Shown here: one piece after another, positions 7,837-17,110 of the stretch
Layout of the letters: each line of letters starts with the position of its first letter
How positions within the stretch are numbered: the stretch's first letter is position 1
From: Candidatus Woesearchaeota archaeon
GTDB lineage: Archaea > Nanobdellota > Nanobdellia > Pacearchaeales > GW2011-AR1
Reading direction: 5' to 3'
Length of the DNA stretch: 44,763 bases
Assembly (NCBI GenBank): GCA_964482665.1
Contig: CAYZYW010000003.1
Coordinates: forward strand, 1 to 44,763
The notes under the pieces: model-generated
What the model saw: the letters and a program-made list of their open reading frames with translations, nothing else
Databases searched by the model: none
Told to the model about the DNA's origin: nothing
Program-made: the position numbers and the translations under genes

Positions 7837-9309
7837 TTAATGTATCTTTATCGGTTTTTCTTTTATATAAAATTTTATAGCATCCCTTAATCTAATTTTA
7901 GATTCTGAATAAATTGTTAAAACCTTGTCACCTTTTTTTAATTTATCTCCAACATGTTTCTCTAGGTAAATTCCTGAAAATTTGTCTGCTGGGCAACCTG
8001 CAATTCTTGCAAGAAAATTGATTTTTTTATTATTCATTTCTAAAATTTTTCCAGATTTTTTTACAACTATGTCTTTAGAAAATTTCGCTAATTTTAGTTT
8101 TTTTAACTTTCCGCCTTGTGCCTCAATTATTTCATTAAATTTCTTAAAAGCTTTTCCTGATGAAAGAATTTCTTTAGCTAATTTTTTCGTATTTTTTTTA
8201 CCAACCATTTTAAAAATCTCAGAAGCTAAAAATAAAGATTTTTCCTCTAAATCTTTTGGTCCATCTTGATAAGGATCTAAAACATTTACAACATCTCTTA
8301 ATTCTAAAGCTGGCCCCACTCCATTTCCTATTGGTTTACTTCCATCTGTTAAAACAACTTTTATTTTTCTATTAAAATGTTTTCCAAGTTTTTCGAATTT
8401 CTTTTTCAAATTTAAGGCACTTACCTTGTTTACTTTTGCAGATTTTCCATATGGAATATCTATCAAAATATATTTACTATCCATTGCAATTTTTTTTGAC
8501 ATGATAGATGCTAACAACTGTGCTTCTGGATCTAACTTTAGAGCTTTCTCTATTTGTATTATTTTTGAATCTGCTGGAACCATTCCCAATGAACCGCCCC
8601 AAACCAAACATGCTTTTGTTTTTTTAATTATTTTTTTTAATTGATCTATTGAAAAATCTATATTTGTAACTGTCTCTATAACATCTGCTGTTCCTGCTGC
8701 ACTTGTTATTGCCCTTGATGAACTTTTAGGCATTGTCAATCCCGCAGCTGAACAAATTGAAACGACAATGGGGGTTGTTCTATTTCCTGCAATTCCTCCA
8801 ATACAATGCTTATCTACAATGTACTTATTTTTTAATTTCAAAACATTTCCGGATTTTAGAATTGCCTTAATTAAATAACTAGTTTCTTTTATATTCATTC
8901 CCTTTTCATACATTGATGCAACAAACAAGGTAACCTCCGATTCTGATAATGAATTATTCACAATGTCTTCTATTATTTCATTTATCTCTGCTTCAGTTAA
9001 TTTTTTACCATCTAACTTTTTATGAATAAACATCAAACTTTTTGAAACTTGAGCAAGCGTAACTTCAACCTTTTGCCCTATTTTTAATCCTAATCTTTTT
9101 TTTAATTCAGACGAAACTGCGATCTCATTTTTTCCAACAACTTTTTGAATTGTATCAACAATTGTTGAAATTTTTTTTGGATTTTTAGAAAATGTTTTAA
9201 TTAAAACTCTATCTTTAGATCTGACACTTAATTCATCTGCTGTTTTTTTATTTAACATTGCAACAGGAAGTCCTGCTGACCATTTTAAAAGTTTTATTTT
9301 TAATTTCAT
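7837..9309 (-). CDS. deoA: AMP phosphorylase (archaeal thymidine-phosphorylase-family DeoA)
   Basis: 490 aa. Has the extra N-terminal domain (MKLKIKLLKWSAGLPVAMLN...) typical of AMPpase. Glycosyl-transferase family 3 core (HCIGGIAGNRTTPIVVSI, SSRAITSAAGTADV, GGSLGMVPAD). Confidence 0.8.
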   Translation of the reverse strand: MKLKIKLLKWSAGLPVAMLNKKTADELSVRSKDRVLIKTFSKNPKKISTIVDTIQKVVGKNEIAVSSELKKRLGLKIGQKVEVTLAQVSKSLMFIHKKLDGKKLTEAEINEIIEDIVNNSLSESEVTLFVASMYEKGMNIKETSYLIKAILKSGNVLKLKNKYIVDKHCIGGIAGNRTTPIVVSICSAAGLTMPKSSSRAITSAAGTADVIETVTNIDFSIDQLKKIIKKTKACLVWGGSLGMVPADSKIIQIEKALKLDPEAQLLASIMSKKIAMDSKYILIDIPYGKSAKVNKVSALNLKKKFEKLGKHFNRKIKVVLTDGSKPIGNGVGPALELRDVVNVLDPYQDGPKDLEEKSLFLASEIFKMVGKKNTKKLAKEILSSGKAFKKFNEIIEAQGGKLKKLKLAKFSKDIVVKKSGKILEMNNKKINFLARIAGCPADKFSGIYLEKHVGDKLKKGDKVLTIYSESKIRLRDAIKFYIKEKPIKIH

Positions 9310-9314
9310 TTTAA

Positions 9315-10337
9315 TTAAGAAATCATCTTGAAAGAATCTTTTTTCCTATAAAGTTCTAAAACAATTAACAGATAAGCTAAAATTAGTGGTCCCAATATAA
9401 ATCCTATTATACCGAAGAAAAACAATCCACCTATCATTCCTATCATTATTAATGCTGGATGCATCATAGCTCTTTTAGAAACTATTATTGGTCTAAGAAA
9501 ATTATCCATCACTGTTGAAAATGCTCCGAATACAAATATACCTGTTGCTGCTAAAACATTTCCTGTTAAAAATAAATATATCATTACAGGAAACCAAATA
9601 ATCGTTGTTCCAAGTATCGGGAATACACCTGCAGCACAAGCGAATAATGTTAAAAGTAAGTTATTTGGAACTCTAAATAAAAGAAACCCTATTCCAACCA
9701 AAAGACCTTGCAAAATTCCAACCACAACCTGACCATAAAGAACGGATATTGTTATTGCCTTTGATGATTCAAAAAACTTTTTCTCAATATCTCTTGAAAA
9801 TGGAGAGATGCTTTTTATATAATCTATTATTTTTTCTTTATCTCGTAATATAAAAAACAATGTGAATAAAATTACCAACCATTGTAGAACCAATGTTGGA
9901 AAATTCAAAATTATTCCAGAAATTGAATTCATTAAACTGTTTGCCATTCTTGTAACAAAAGAAAATATTATTGATCCAACCTCTTTTGAAAACTCATCTG
10001 ATGCGAACAGGGACGGAAAAACACTTTTTAATGGTGTAACAAAATCCATTTGCTGTGATGCTTGATAAACTTTAAAAGACTGGTCTAATGCTATTGGTGT
10101 CAAAAACCAAATCGGCAAAATAATTATTAAAACCAAAATTAAGCAGATTATTAATGCAAATATATTTGGCCTATTGTATTTCTTTGTAAGATATTTGTAT
10201 AATGGTAATAAAATAATTGCAAGGATTACCCCCAGAACTATTGACATAAGTATTGGTTTTAAAATTAAAAAAGTCAAAGTCAACAAAACCAAAAGTATCG
10301 ATGCTGTCATAATTTTTTTAAATATAGGGTCATTCAT
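9315..10337 (-). CDS. AI-2E family transporter (PerM/UPF0118 permease)
   Basis: 340 aa, multi-TM. The C-terminal half (FPILGTTIIWFPVMIYLF...DNFLRPIIVSKRAMMHPALIMIGMIGG) is typical of the family. Confidence 0.7.
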   Translation of the reverse strand: MNDPIFKKIMTASILLVLLTLTFLILKPILMSIVLGVILAIILLPLYKYLTKKYNRPNIFALIICLILVLIIILPIWFLTPIALDQSFKVYQASQQMDFVTPLKSVFPSLFASDEFSKEVGSIIFSFVTRMANSLMNSISGIILNFPTLVLQWLVILFTLFFILRDKEKIIDYIKSISPFSRDIEKKFFESSKAITISVLYGQVVVGILQGLLVGIGFLLFRVPNNLLLTLFACAAGVFPILGTTIIWFPVMIYLFLTGNVLAATGIFVFGAFSTVMDNFLRPIIVSKRAMMHPALIMIGMIGGLFFFGIIGFILGPLILAYLLIVLELYRKKDSFKMIS

Positions 10338-10419
10338 TTTGTATAATTTACTTAAGTGTTTTAATTTTATAAAGTTGTTGATTGAAAAAGTTTAAAAACA
10401 AAAAGAAATTATTAATAAT

Positions 10420-11118
10420 ATGAATTTTATAAAAAAAGTTTTGAATGGTGAAAAAAGTGATTTTGCTCATCTTCAATTTCAAAAATTTAGTAAAGGTGAA
10501 TTTAGGGATAAAGCCTTAATTGAAGCAAAAAAAATGGGTAAAGGTTGGGCCATAAAAACATCTGGAGAATTTACAAATGAATTAGTTCGTATTGCAGCAA
10601 AAAAATTAGGAGAAAATAAAACTCTTATTAAAGGTGTAATTATTTCTACGTTGGATTTAGATGGAGAACTTGAATTTATTAAAAAAAGTAACTTTCAGGG
10701 TGTTAAAAAATATTCTATAAATACTGAAATGAGTGGTAATCAGATTATTGAATTATTAGATAAGATGCCAAAGAATTTTTTTGCATTGACTTTTGATGTT
10801 AAAACAGACAATACTAAACTAAAAATTAAACCTAAAAGTCCGAAAGCCAGCAAAGACAAAAAAACAGGTGATGCGAAAGCTGATTTTTGTACATTGAAAA
10901 CTACAGATGAGGCATGGGTTAAAAGTTTTATTTTTGAAAAACCTGATTTTAAAAAAGCAATAATTAATCATACATATTTTATAGAAGAAATGATTCTTCC
11001 AGAAGGGGAAGATAATTTTGCAAAAATGAGAGAAATGGCTATCCGGAAAGGAAGGATTATTAGAAAAACTAATATTGATGAAAATGAAAATTCAAAAGAA
11101 TACAATTTCGAAGCTTAA
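10420..11118 (+). CDS. Hypothetical protein
   Basis: 232-aa soluble, K-rich ORF. No motif recognised. Confidence 0.5.
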   Translation: MNFIKKVLNGEKSDFAHLQFQKFSKGEFRDKALIEAKKMGKGWAIKTSGEFTNELVRIAAKKLGENKTLIKGVIISTLDLDGELEFIKKSNFQGVKKYSINTEMSGNQIIELLDKMPKNFFALTFDVKTDNTKLKIKPKSPKASKDKKTGDAKADFCTLKTTDEAWVKSFIFEKPDFKKAIINHTYFIEEMILPEGEDNFAKMREMAIRKGRIIRKTNIDENENSKEYNFEA

Positions 11119-11119
11119 A

Positions 11120-11380
11120 ATGAATGAAAATAAAATGAAATTAATTGTTTTAATATTAATGTTTTGTTTACTTTTAGCGGTTGTATATATTGCTTTTGAT
11201 AAATACTCTGAAAGAAAAATTGAAAAAGAATCATATATTTTCCAGCAAGGTGTTCAGTATGGATATAATCAAACAATTATAGGAATTGTGCAACAAGCTA
11301 TTACATGCGAACCAGTTTCATTAAATATTGAAAATTCCACATTTGAATTAATTGCTATTAAATGTTTAAATCAGGCTTAA
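11120..11380 (+). CDS. Hypothetical small membrane-anchored protein
   Basis: Start moved to ATG 11120, 1 nt after the upstream stop. N-terminal TM helix (KLIVLILMFCLLLAVVYIAF). Confidence 0.4.
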   Translation: MNENKMKLIVLILMFCLLLAVVYIAFDKYSERKIEKESYIFQQGVQYGYNQTIIGIVQQAITCEPVSLNIENSTFELIAIKCLNQA

Positions 11381-11508
11381 ACTTTAATTTCTTTCTTGAT
11401 ATTTTGCAAAAATCCAATAGCTTTATATACCCAATTTTTCTAAATAACTTATTCCAGAGTAAGATAAAATGACATCCGCATCATTGATAAATATAATACA
11501 AAGAAAAA

Positions 11509-12447
11509 ATGCCAACAAAAAAAGCACCAAGGAGAGGAAGTTTACAATTCTGGCCACGGAAACGTGCCGCTAGATTTTTACCTAGTGTTAACTGGAAGGC
11601 TATTGATTCTAATAAAAAATTAAAAGGATTTATTTGTTATAAAGCTGGTATGGCTTCTGCGTGTGTAAAAGATAATACGGCTGACTCAATGACAAAAGGT
11701 AAGGAGATTATTACACCTGTTACAATATTGGAATGTCCATCGATGAAAATATTTTCAGTTAGATTTTATAAGAAAGGTGAAGTTGCGACAGAGGTTTTAG
11801 GTAAAAATTTAGATAAAGAACTAAGGAAAAAAGTTAAATTGTCAAAAACTGAAAAGAATATTGATTCAGTAAAGCCAGAGAGTTATGATGATATTCGAAT
11901 TATATGTTATTCACAGGTTAAAAAAACTAATATTAAAAAAACTCCCGATCTATTAGAATTTGGACTTGGTGGAAGTATTGAAGAAAAACTTGCATTTGTA
12001 AAAGAAAGTTTAATTAAAGAATTAAATGTTTCAGATTTTTTCGATTCTAAGGAATTGATTGACCTAAGAGGAATCACAAAAGGTAAGGGGCTTCAAGGTC
12101 CTGTAAAGAGATTTGGTATTCAATTAAAGTCTCACAAATCAGAAAAAGGACGAAGAAGACCGGGAAGTTTAGGTCCATGGCATCCAGCTAGAGTTATTTT
12201 TAGAGTTCCTATGGCAGGGCAGCTTGGAACATTTACAAGAGCTATTTATAATAATAAAATTATAGATATGGGTGTCGCAGATGATAAATTCAAAAACATA
12301 AAGAATTTTGGAGATATTAAAACAAATTACATCGTTGTTCGTGGTTCAGTTATGGGTCCTGCTAAAAGACAATTGATAATGACTGCCCCACTGAGAGAAA
12401 CTAAAAAACAATCAAAAAAAGATTTTGAATTAAAGGAGTTACGATGA
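11509..12447 (+). CDS. rpl3: 50S ribosomal protein L3 (uL3)
   Basis: PRRGSLQFWPRKRA..., KGKGLQGPVKRFG and GQLG motifs. First gene of the conserved cluster. Confidence 0.92.
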   Translation: MPTKKAPRRGSLQFWPRKRAARFLPSVNWKAIDSNKKLKGFICYKAGMASACVKDNTADSMTKGKEIITPVTILECPSMKIFSVRFYKKGEVATEVLGKNLDKELRKKVKLSKTEKNIDSVKPESYDDIRIICYSQVKKTNIKKTPDLLEFGLGGSIEEKLAFVKESLIKELNVSDFFDSKELIDLRGITKGKGLQGPVKRFGIQLKSHKSEKGRRRPGSLGPWHPARVIFRVPMAGQLGTFTRAIYNNKIIDMGVADDKFKNIKNFGDIKTNYIVVRGSVMGPAKRQLIMTAPLRETKKQSKKDFELKELR

Positions 12448-13241
12448 AAGCTAAATTATTAGATATAAACGGAAAAGAGAAAAGTAAAATCGATTTACCA
12501 AAATGTTTTGAACAAAAAATTAGAGAAGATATTGTTATGAAAGTTGTTGAAGCAAAGAAAAAAGAACAACCATTTGCACCGTCTCCTGTTGCGGGAAAAC
12601 AACATTCAGCTAGCGGTATCTTAATTCATCGAAGAAAGGTTTGGAAAAGTCAATATGGGAAAGGTATGTCAAGGATTCCTCGAAAAATTATGTCAAGAAA
12701 AGGTTCGCAATTTACATGGGTTGGAGCTGAAGTTCCGAATGTTCGTGGCGGAAAAAGGGCACATCCTCCAAAAGTTCTTTCACGTGTTAATTATCCTATT
12801 ATTAATAAAAAAGAATTGAAAATTGCATTAACTAGTGCGCTTAGTGCTACAACAAATGGCGATATTATTTCAAAAAGATATGAAAGATTAAATGATGCTA
12901 AAATTGAAAATTTACCTTTAATTGTTGAATCAAAAATTACAAACTTAAAAGTTAAAGATTTAATCACAAGCTTAAAGAAAATTTTAGGAAATAGTTTGTT
13001 TGAATTGGCATTACAAGAAAAACAAACTAGAAGTGGTCGAGGTAAAAGACGTGGAAGAAAGTATAAGTCAAATGCTGGATTGTTGATAGTTATTGGAAAT
13101 AAGGAAAAGTTAAAAACAACGCGTGTTGAGATTATTGATACGGCAAGCTTAGGTGTTACAGATCTTGCCAAAGGTAAGATTGGACGGTTAACATTATATA
13201 CTGAAGAAGCAATTAAAGAACTTGGAGAGAAATTGAAATGA
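12444..13241 (+). CDS. rpl4: 50S ribosomal protein L4 (uL4)
   Basis: 265 aa. ATGA overlap with L3, SD AAGGAG upstream. VRGGKRAHPPK motif plus synteny. Confidence 0.9.
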   Translation: MKAKLLDINGKEKSKIDLPKCFEQKIREDIVMKVVEAKKKEQPFAPSPVAGKQHSASGILIHRRKVWKSQYGKGMSRIPRKIMSRKGSQFTWVGAEVPNVRGGKRAHPPKVLSRVNYPIINKKELKIALTSALSATTNGDIISKRYERLNDAKIENLPLIVESKITNLKVKDLITSLKKILGNSLFELALQEKQTRSGRGKRRGRKYKSNAGLLIVIGNKEKLKTTRVEIIDTASLGVTDLAKGKIGRLTLYTEEAIKELGEKLK

Positions 13242-13483
13242 TAACATTAAGACCTGTAAAAACAGAAAAAGCTATTATGAAAATTGAAATGGAAAACCTT
13301 TTGACATTCAGAACAGATAAAAAAGAAACAAAAACTGAAATAAAAAAAGAAGTTGAAAGTCTTTTTGATATTAAAGTTGAAAAAGTTCGAACACAAGTAC
13401 GCGATAATAAAAAATTTGCATATGTTAAATTAAATAAAGATTCATTGGCAATTGATGTTGCTACGAAGCTTGGGTTAATGTAA
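13238..13483 (+). CDS. rpl23: 50S ribosomal protein L23 (uL23)
   Basis: 81 aa, ATGA overlap with L4. Synteny L4-L23-L2. Confidence 0.88.
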   Translation: MITLRPVKTEKAIMKIEMENLLTFRTDKKETKTEIKKEVESLFDIKVEKVRTQVRDNKKFAYVKLNKDSLAIDVATKLGLM

Positions 13484-14182
13484 ATGGGAAAAAGAATAAT
13501 TACACAAGCTAGAGGAAAAGGAAGTCATACTTATAAAGTAAAAAAGAAAGCGTTTAGATTTAAGCTTCAATTTCCTCCTAGGATCGAAGGTGAAGGAATT
13601 GTTATCAAATTGCTTAATTCAGCTGCTCATAGTACTCCGTTAGCAAAAATTAATTATTCAGATGGTACTTTTTACATTCCAGCTTTCAAAAATATGATTC
13701 AAGGTCAAAAAATAAACTTAAACTCAAGTAAAATTGAAAATGGTAATATTGTTCAATTAAAAGATATTCCTGTTAAAACGAAAATTTATCAAATTGAATC
13801 TCGACCTGGTGATGGTGGTGTTTTCATTAAAAGTGGTGGAAACTCAGCAACTGTAAATAAAGTTGTTGGTAAAAAAGTATTTGTAATTATGCCCTCCAAA
13901 AAGGAAAAGGCATTTAACATGAATTGTCGTGCAGTTATTGGAGTTACGGCTGGAGCTGGTCGTTTAGCAAAACCTATAGTAAAAGCTGGTAAGCAATTTT
14001 TCATTAAAAAGTCAAAAAGTAAATTGTGGCCTCGAACATCTGCCGTTAAGATGAATGCAATTGACCATCCGTTTGGATCCGGTCGTGCAAAGAATCCAAA
14101 GAGCAAGATTGCTAAGCGTAATGCACCTCCTGGAAGGAGAGTTGGATTAATAAGACCAAGGCAAACAGGTAAACGAAAATAA
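13484..14182 (+). CDS. rpl2: 50S ribosomal protein L2 (uL2)
   Basis: MGKRIITQARGKGS..., PGDGG, MNAIDHPFGSG motifs. Confidence 0.93.
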   Translation: MGKRIITQARGKGSHTYKVKKKAFRFKLQFPPRIEGEGIVIKLLNSAAHSTPLAKINYSDGTFYIPAFKNMIQGQKINLNSSKIENGNIVQLKDIPVKTKIYQIESRPGDGGVFIKSGGNSATVNKVVGKKVFVIMPSKKEKAFNMNCRAVIGVTAGAGRLAKPIVKAGKQFFIKKSKSKLWPRTSAVKMNAIDHPFGSGRAKNPKSKIAKRNAPPGRRVGLIRPRQTGKRK

Positions 14183-14183
14183 A

Positions 14184-14561
14184 ATGGAACTAAAAAAGAA
14201 AGAATTCAAATTTAAAGGAATGTTAATGGAAGAATTGCAAAAATTTAATGTTAGAGAATTTGCAAAACTATTGCCCTCTCGCAAAAAAAGAACTATTCTT
14301 AGAAACTTTCAAGAACATGAAGAATTTATTACATTAGCTAAATCCAAAAATGACAAAAAAAAGCAAATCAGAACACATAAAAGAAGTTTAATTATTGTTC
14401 CTGAATTAGTTGGACTTCGAATTCAAATTTATAATGGTAATAAATTTGTTCCTGTTGATATTGTTGGAGAAATGCTTGGGCATTCTTTTGGAGAATTTTC
14501 ATTAACACGAGCAAGAATCAAACATGAAAAAAAGGGAGGAAAAGCAAAGGCTAAAAAATAA
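14184..14561 (+). CDS. rps19: 30S ribosomal protein S19 (uS19)
   Basis: IQIYNGNKFVPVDIVGEMLGHSFGEFSLTR motif plus synteny. Confidence 0.92.
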   Translation: MELKKKEFKFKGMLMEELQKFNVREFAKLLPSRKKRTILRNFQEHEEFITLAKSKNDKKKQIRTHKRSLIIVPELVGLRIQIYNGNKFVPVDIVGEMLGHSFGEFSLTRARIKHEKKGGKAKAKK

Positions 14562-14563
14562 AA

Positions 14564-15163
14564 ATGGCAAATACTGAAAAACCCTCAACAAAAGCAGAGC
14601 AAAAAAAAGCTGGTAATATAAAAGTTCCAACTCAAAAAATTGCTGCACCAATACCTAAAAGTAAAGTTGATATAAAAAAATCTGAAAGTAAAAAAATTGA
14701 ACCTACAAAAGAAAAGAAAAAAGCTGTTCCTGTTAAAAAAATAAAAAGAAATTTTGCAACAATAAATGTTTCCAATTTACCAATTTCAACTAAATATTCA
14801 ATGGCTATTTGCAAATTCATTAAAGGTAAAAAAATAAAACAAGCTATCGCCGAATTGGAATTAGTTTGTATTAAGAAAAAAGCTGTTCCAATGAAGGGTG
14901 AAATTCCACATAGAAAGGGAAAAATTATGTCTGGACGTTTTCCAAAAAATGCCTCAGAGAGATTTATAATATTATTAAATAGTCTGATTGCAAATGCTAA
15001 TGAAAATCAAATGAATAATCCAATAATCAAAGAAGCTGTTTCAAATATTGGAGAAAGACCTTTTGGAAGATTTGGTAGATGGAGAAAAAAAAGAACACAT
15101 GTTTACTTAAAAGCTACTGAAAAAATTAAATTTAAAAAAAATAAAAAAGGAGCAAAAAAATAA
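14564..15163 (+). CDS. rpl22: 50S ribosomal protein L22 (uL22) with a Lys-rich N-terminal extension
   Basis: The core starts around ATINVSNLPISTKYSMAICKFIKGKK. About 55 preceding residues are K/P/E-rich low complexity. Confidence 0.88.
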   Translation: MANTEKPSTKAEQKKAGNIKVPTQKIAAPIPKSKVDIKKSESKKIEPTKEKKKAVPVKKIKRNFATINVSNLPISTKYSMAICKFIKGKKIKQAIAELELVCIKKKAVPMKGEIPHRKGKIMSGRFPKNASERFIILLNSLIANANENQMNNPIIKEAVSNIGERPFGRFGRWRKKRTHVYLKATEKIKFKKNKKGAKK

Positions 15164-15846
15164 TGGAAGAAAGAAAAACTATTGACCTACAAAAACAAGC
15201 ATTTACAATTAAAGAGCATGTTAAAAATTTACTTGGAAAGGGAAAAGTAAGTAAAGTTAAAATCGAGTATACACCTGTTGGAGAAAGGATTGTTATTTCT
15301 ACCAATCGTCCTGGAGTTGTTATTGGTCGTGGTGGAGAAAAAATTGCAGAATTAACTCGAATGTTAAAAAAAGATTTTAAGTTAGATAATCCACATATTG
15401 AAATTGATGAAATATTAAATTCAGATCTTGATTCACAAATTGTGGCTGATGAAATTGCATTAGGGCTTGAAAGATTTGGGCCTTTAAAATTTAAAGTTCT
15501 TGCATACCGTGCTCTTCAAAGAATTATGAAAGCTGGCGCACTAGGAACAGAACTTAGATTAAGCGGTAAACTTCCAGGTTCACGTGCAAAGGTTTGGAGA
15601 TTCGCTCAAGGTTACTTAAAGAAAGCTGGAGACAGTGCAAAAGTTGTTGATGTTGCTAACGCTAGAGCTGAAACAAAACCTGGAACTGTTGGAGTTAGAG
15701 TTAGTATTTTATTAAAAACTGCTGAATTAAAAGATCGTGTAGAAATTTCAGATGGATTAATTGAGACATTAAAATCAAATACTGAAAAATTAAACGAGAA
15801 GCCAAAAAAAGCTACAAAAAAGAAAACGAGGAAAATTAACAAATGA
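15163..15846 (+). CDS. rps3: 30S ribosomal protein S3 (uS3)
   Basis: KH domain VVIGRGGEKIAELT, plus synteny. Confidence 0.92.
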   Translation: MEERKTIDLQKQAFTIKEHVKNLLGKGKVSKVKIEYTPVGERIVISTNRPGVVIGRGGEKIAELTRMLKKDFKLDNPHIEIDEILNSDLDSQIVADEIALGLERFGPLKFKVLAYRALQRIMKAGALGTELRLSGKLPGSRAKVWRFAQGYLKKAGDSAKVVDVANARAETKPGTVGVRVSILLKTAELKDRVEISDGLIETLKSNTEKLNEKPKKATKKKTRKINK

Positions 15847-16031
15847 AGTTTAAAGATATTCAAAAATTGAAAGAAAAGGATATAGCGAAAAAGTTAAAAG
15901 AGCTTAAATTAGAGTTAATTAAAACACGAGCCGATACTGCAAAGATGAGCTCAAAAACACGTGAGATAAAAAAAATTATCGCACGAATCCATACATTCAA
16001 CACTTCGAATAAAGAGGTGTTGGAGAAATAA
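15843..16031 (+). CDS. rpl29: 50S ribosomal protein L29 (uL29)
   Basis: 62 aa. KLKELKLELIKTRA coiled segment, ATGA overlap with S3. Confidence 0.88.
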   Translation: MKFKDIQKLKEKDIAKKLKELKLELIKTRADTAKMSSKTREIKKIIARIHTFNTSNKEVLEK

Positions 16032-16034
16032 AAC

Positions 16035-16334
16035 ATGGAAATATGTCCAAAATGCGGCTTGCCTGAGCAAGCTTGCGTGTGTGAACAAATCGTGAAAAGT
16101 TCACAGCGAATAAAAGTGACAACAGACCGAAAACGATACGGAAAAATCGTTACTGTTGTTTCTGGATTCGACAGTGGAGTGGATGTGAAAAAAATCGGGA
16201 AAAAACTCAAAAATGAGTTCGCTTGCGGTGGCACATCCAAGAACAATGTCGTCGAACTCCAAGGAGACCACACAAAGAAAATCAAAAGTGTGATGGTCAA
16301 ACTGGGATTTGATGAAAGTTCAATAAGCGAATAA
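16035..16334 (+). CDS. sui1: Translation initiation factor SUI1 (aIF1)
   Basis: 99 aa. N-terminal Zn-knuckle CPKCGLPEQACVC, then a SUI1 fold (RIKVTTDRKRYGKIVTVVSGFD...LKNEFACGGT). It occupies the usual archaeal position between L29 and S17. Confidence 0.88.
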   Translation: MEICPKCGLPEQACVCEQIVKSSQRIKVTTDRKRYGKIVTVVSGFDSGVDVKKIGKKLKNEFACGGTSKNNVVELQGDHTKKIKSVMVKLGFDESSISE

Positions 16335-16360
16335 GTACACAAAAAAGAGGAAAGAATAAA

Positions 16361-16711
16361 ATGAAAGAAACAGAAAGAAAAAGCAAAAAAATGAAAGAAA
16401 CTAAAGTTAGTTGTAACGATAAAAATTGTCCAATTCATGGAAATTTAAAAATTAGAGGTAGAACGTTCGAAGGTATTGTTACACGAAAATTCCCAAAAAG
16501 AATTATGATTGAATTTGAAAGAATGGTTTATGTTAGAAAATATGAAAGATATTCAAAAACCAAAACGAAGATCCACGCAAGACTTCCTGAGTGCATGGAT
16601 AAAGATGTTAATATTGGAGATTTAGTTAAGATTCAAGAATGTCGTCCATTGAGTAAAATAATCCATTTTGTTTTTGTTGAAAAAATTAAAAATGCGGAGG
16701 ATATAAAATGA
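16361..16711 (+). CDS. rps17: 30S ribosomal protein S17 (uS17)
   Basis: CNDKNCPIHGNLKIRGRTFEGIVT...YERYSKTKTKIHA. An alternative start is at 16391. Confidence 0.9.
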   Translation: MKETERKSKKMKETKVSCNDKNCPIHGNLKIRGRTFEGIVTRKFPKRIMIEFERMVYVRKYERYSKTKTKIHARLPECMDKDVNIGDLVKIQECRPLSKIIHFVFVEKIKNAEDIK

Positions 16712-17109
16712 AACCAGTAAGTGCAAAAACAACACGATCAATGAATGTTGGGTGTAAAATGATTGCAGCTGATAACAGTGGAGCTAAAATTGTTAAGTTA
16801 GTTTCAGTTAAAAAATTTAAGGCGAAAAAAGGAAAACAAGTTTGTGCAAAACTTGGAGACTGGGTAAAAGTTAGTATCCGAAAGGGTGTTCCAGACATGA
16901 AAGGAAAAGTTTTCGATGCTGTTTTAATCCGTCAAAAAAAATCATACAGAAGATTAAATGGTGAAAGAGTTGCATTTGAAGATAATGCTGTGGCAATCTT
17001 AAAAGATGAAAAAGGTAATCCAAAAGGAACACAAATAAAAGGCCCTGTTGCGAGAGAAATTCAGGAAAGATGGCCTCAAGTAGCAAAAATATCGAAGGTA
17101 ATATATTAA
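16708..17109 (+). CDS. rpl14: 50S ribosomal protein L14 (uL14)
   Basis: CADNSGAK-like motif (IAADNSGAKIVKLVSV), plus synteny. Confidence 0.92.
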   Translation: MKPVSAKTTRSMNVGCKMIAADNSGAKIVKLVSVKKFKAKKGKQVCAKLGDWVKVSIRKGVPDMKGKVFDAVLIRQKKSYRRLNGERVAFEDNAVAILKDEKGNPKGTQIKGPVAREIQERWPQVAKISKVIY

Positions 17110-17110
17110 A

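Noticed and set aside
11422-11497. TATA-like motifs upstream of the L3 operon (TTTATATA 11422-11429; ATAAATATAAT 11487-11497) and many similar motifs elsewhere.
   Set aside because: At ~30% GC such motifs occur constantly by chance. Without transcript 5' ends I cannot choose between them, so only the well-spaced tRNA candidate was listed, at low confidence.
15860-16438. Long antisense ORFs inside the ribosomal protein cluster (15860-16438, 16999-17553, 20074-20742, 16871-17164, 12791-13171, 13789-14106 and similar).
   Set aside because: They lie entirely opposite well-supported r-protein genes. Their products are F/L/S-rich low complexity, as expected from the antisense of AAA/GAA/AAG-rich coding sequence, which rarely produces stops. 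They have no motifs and are not called.
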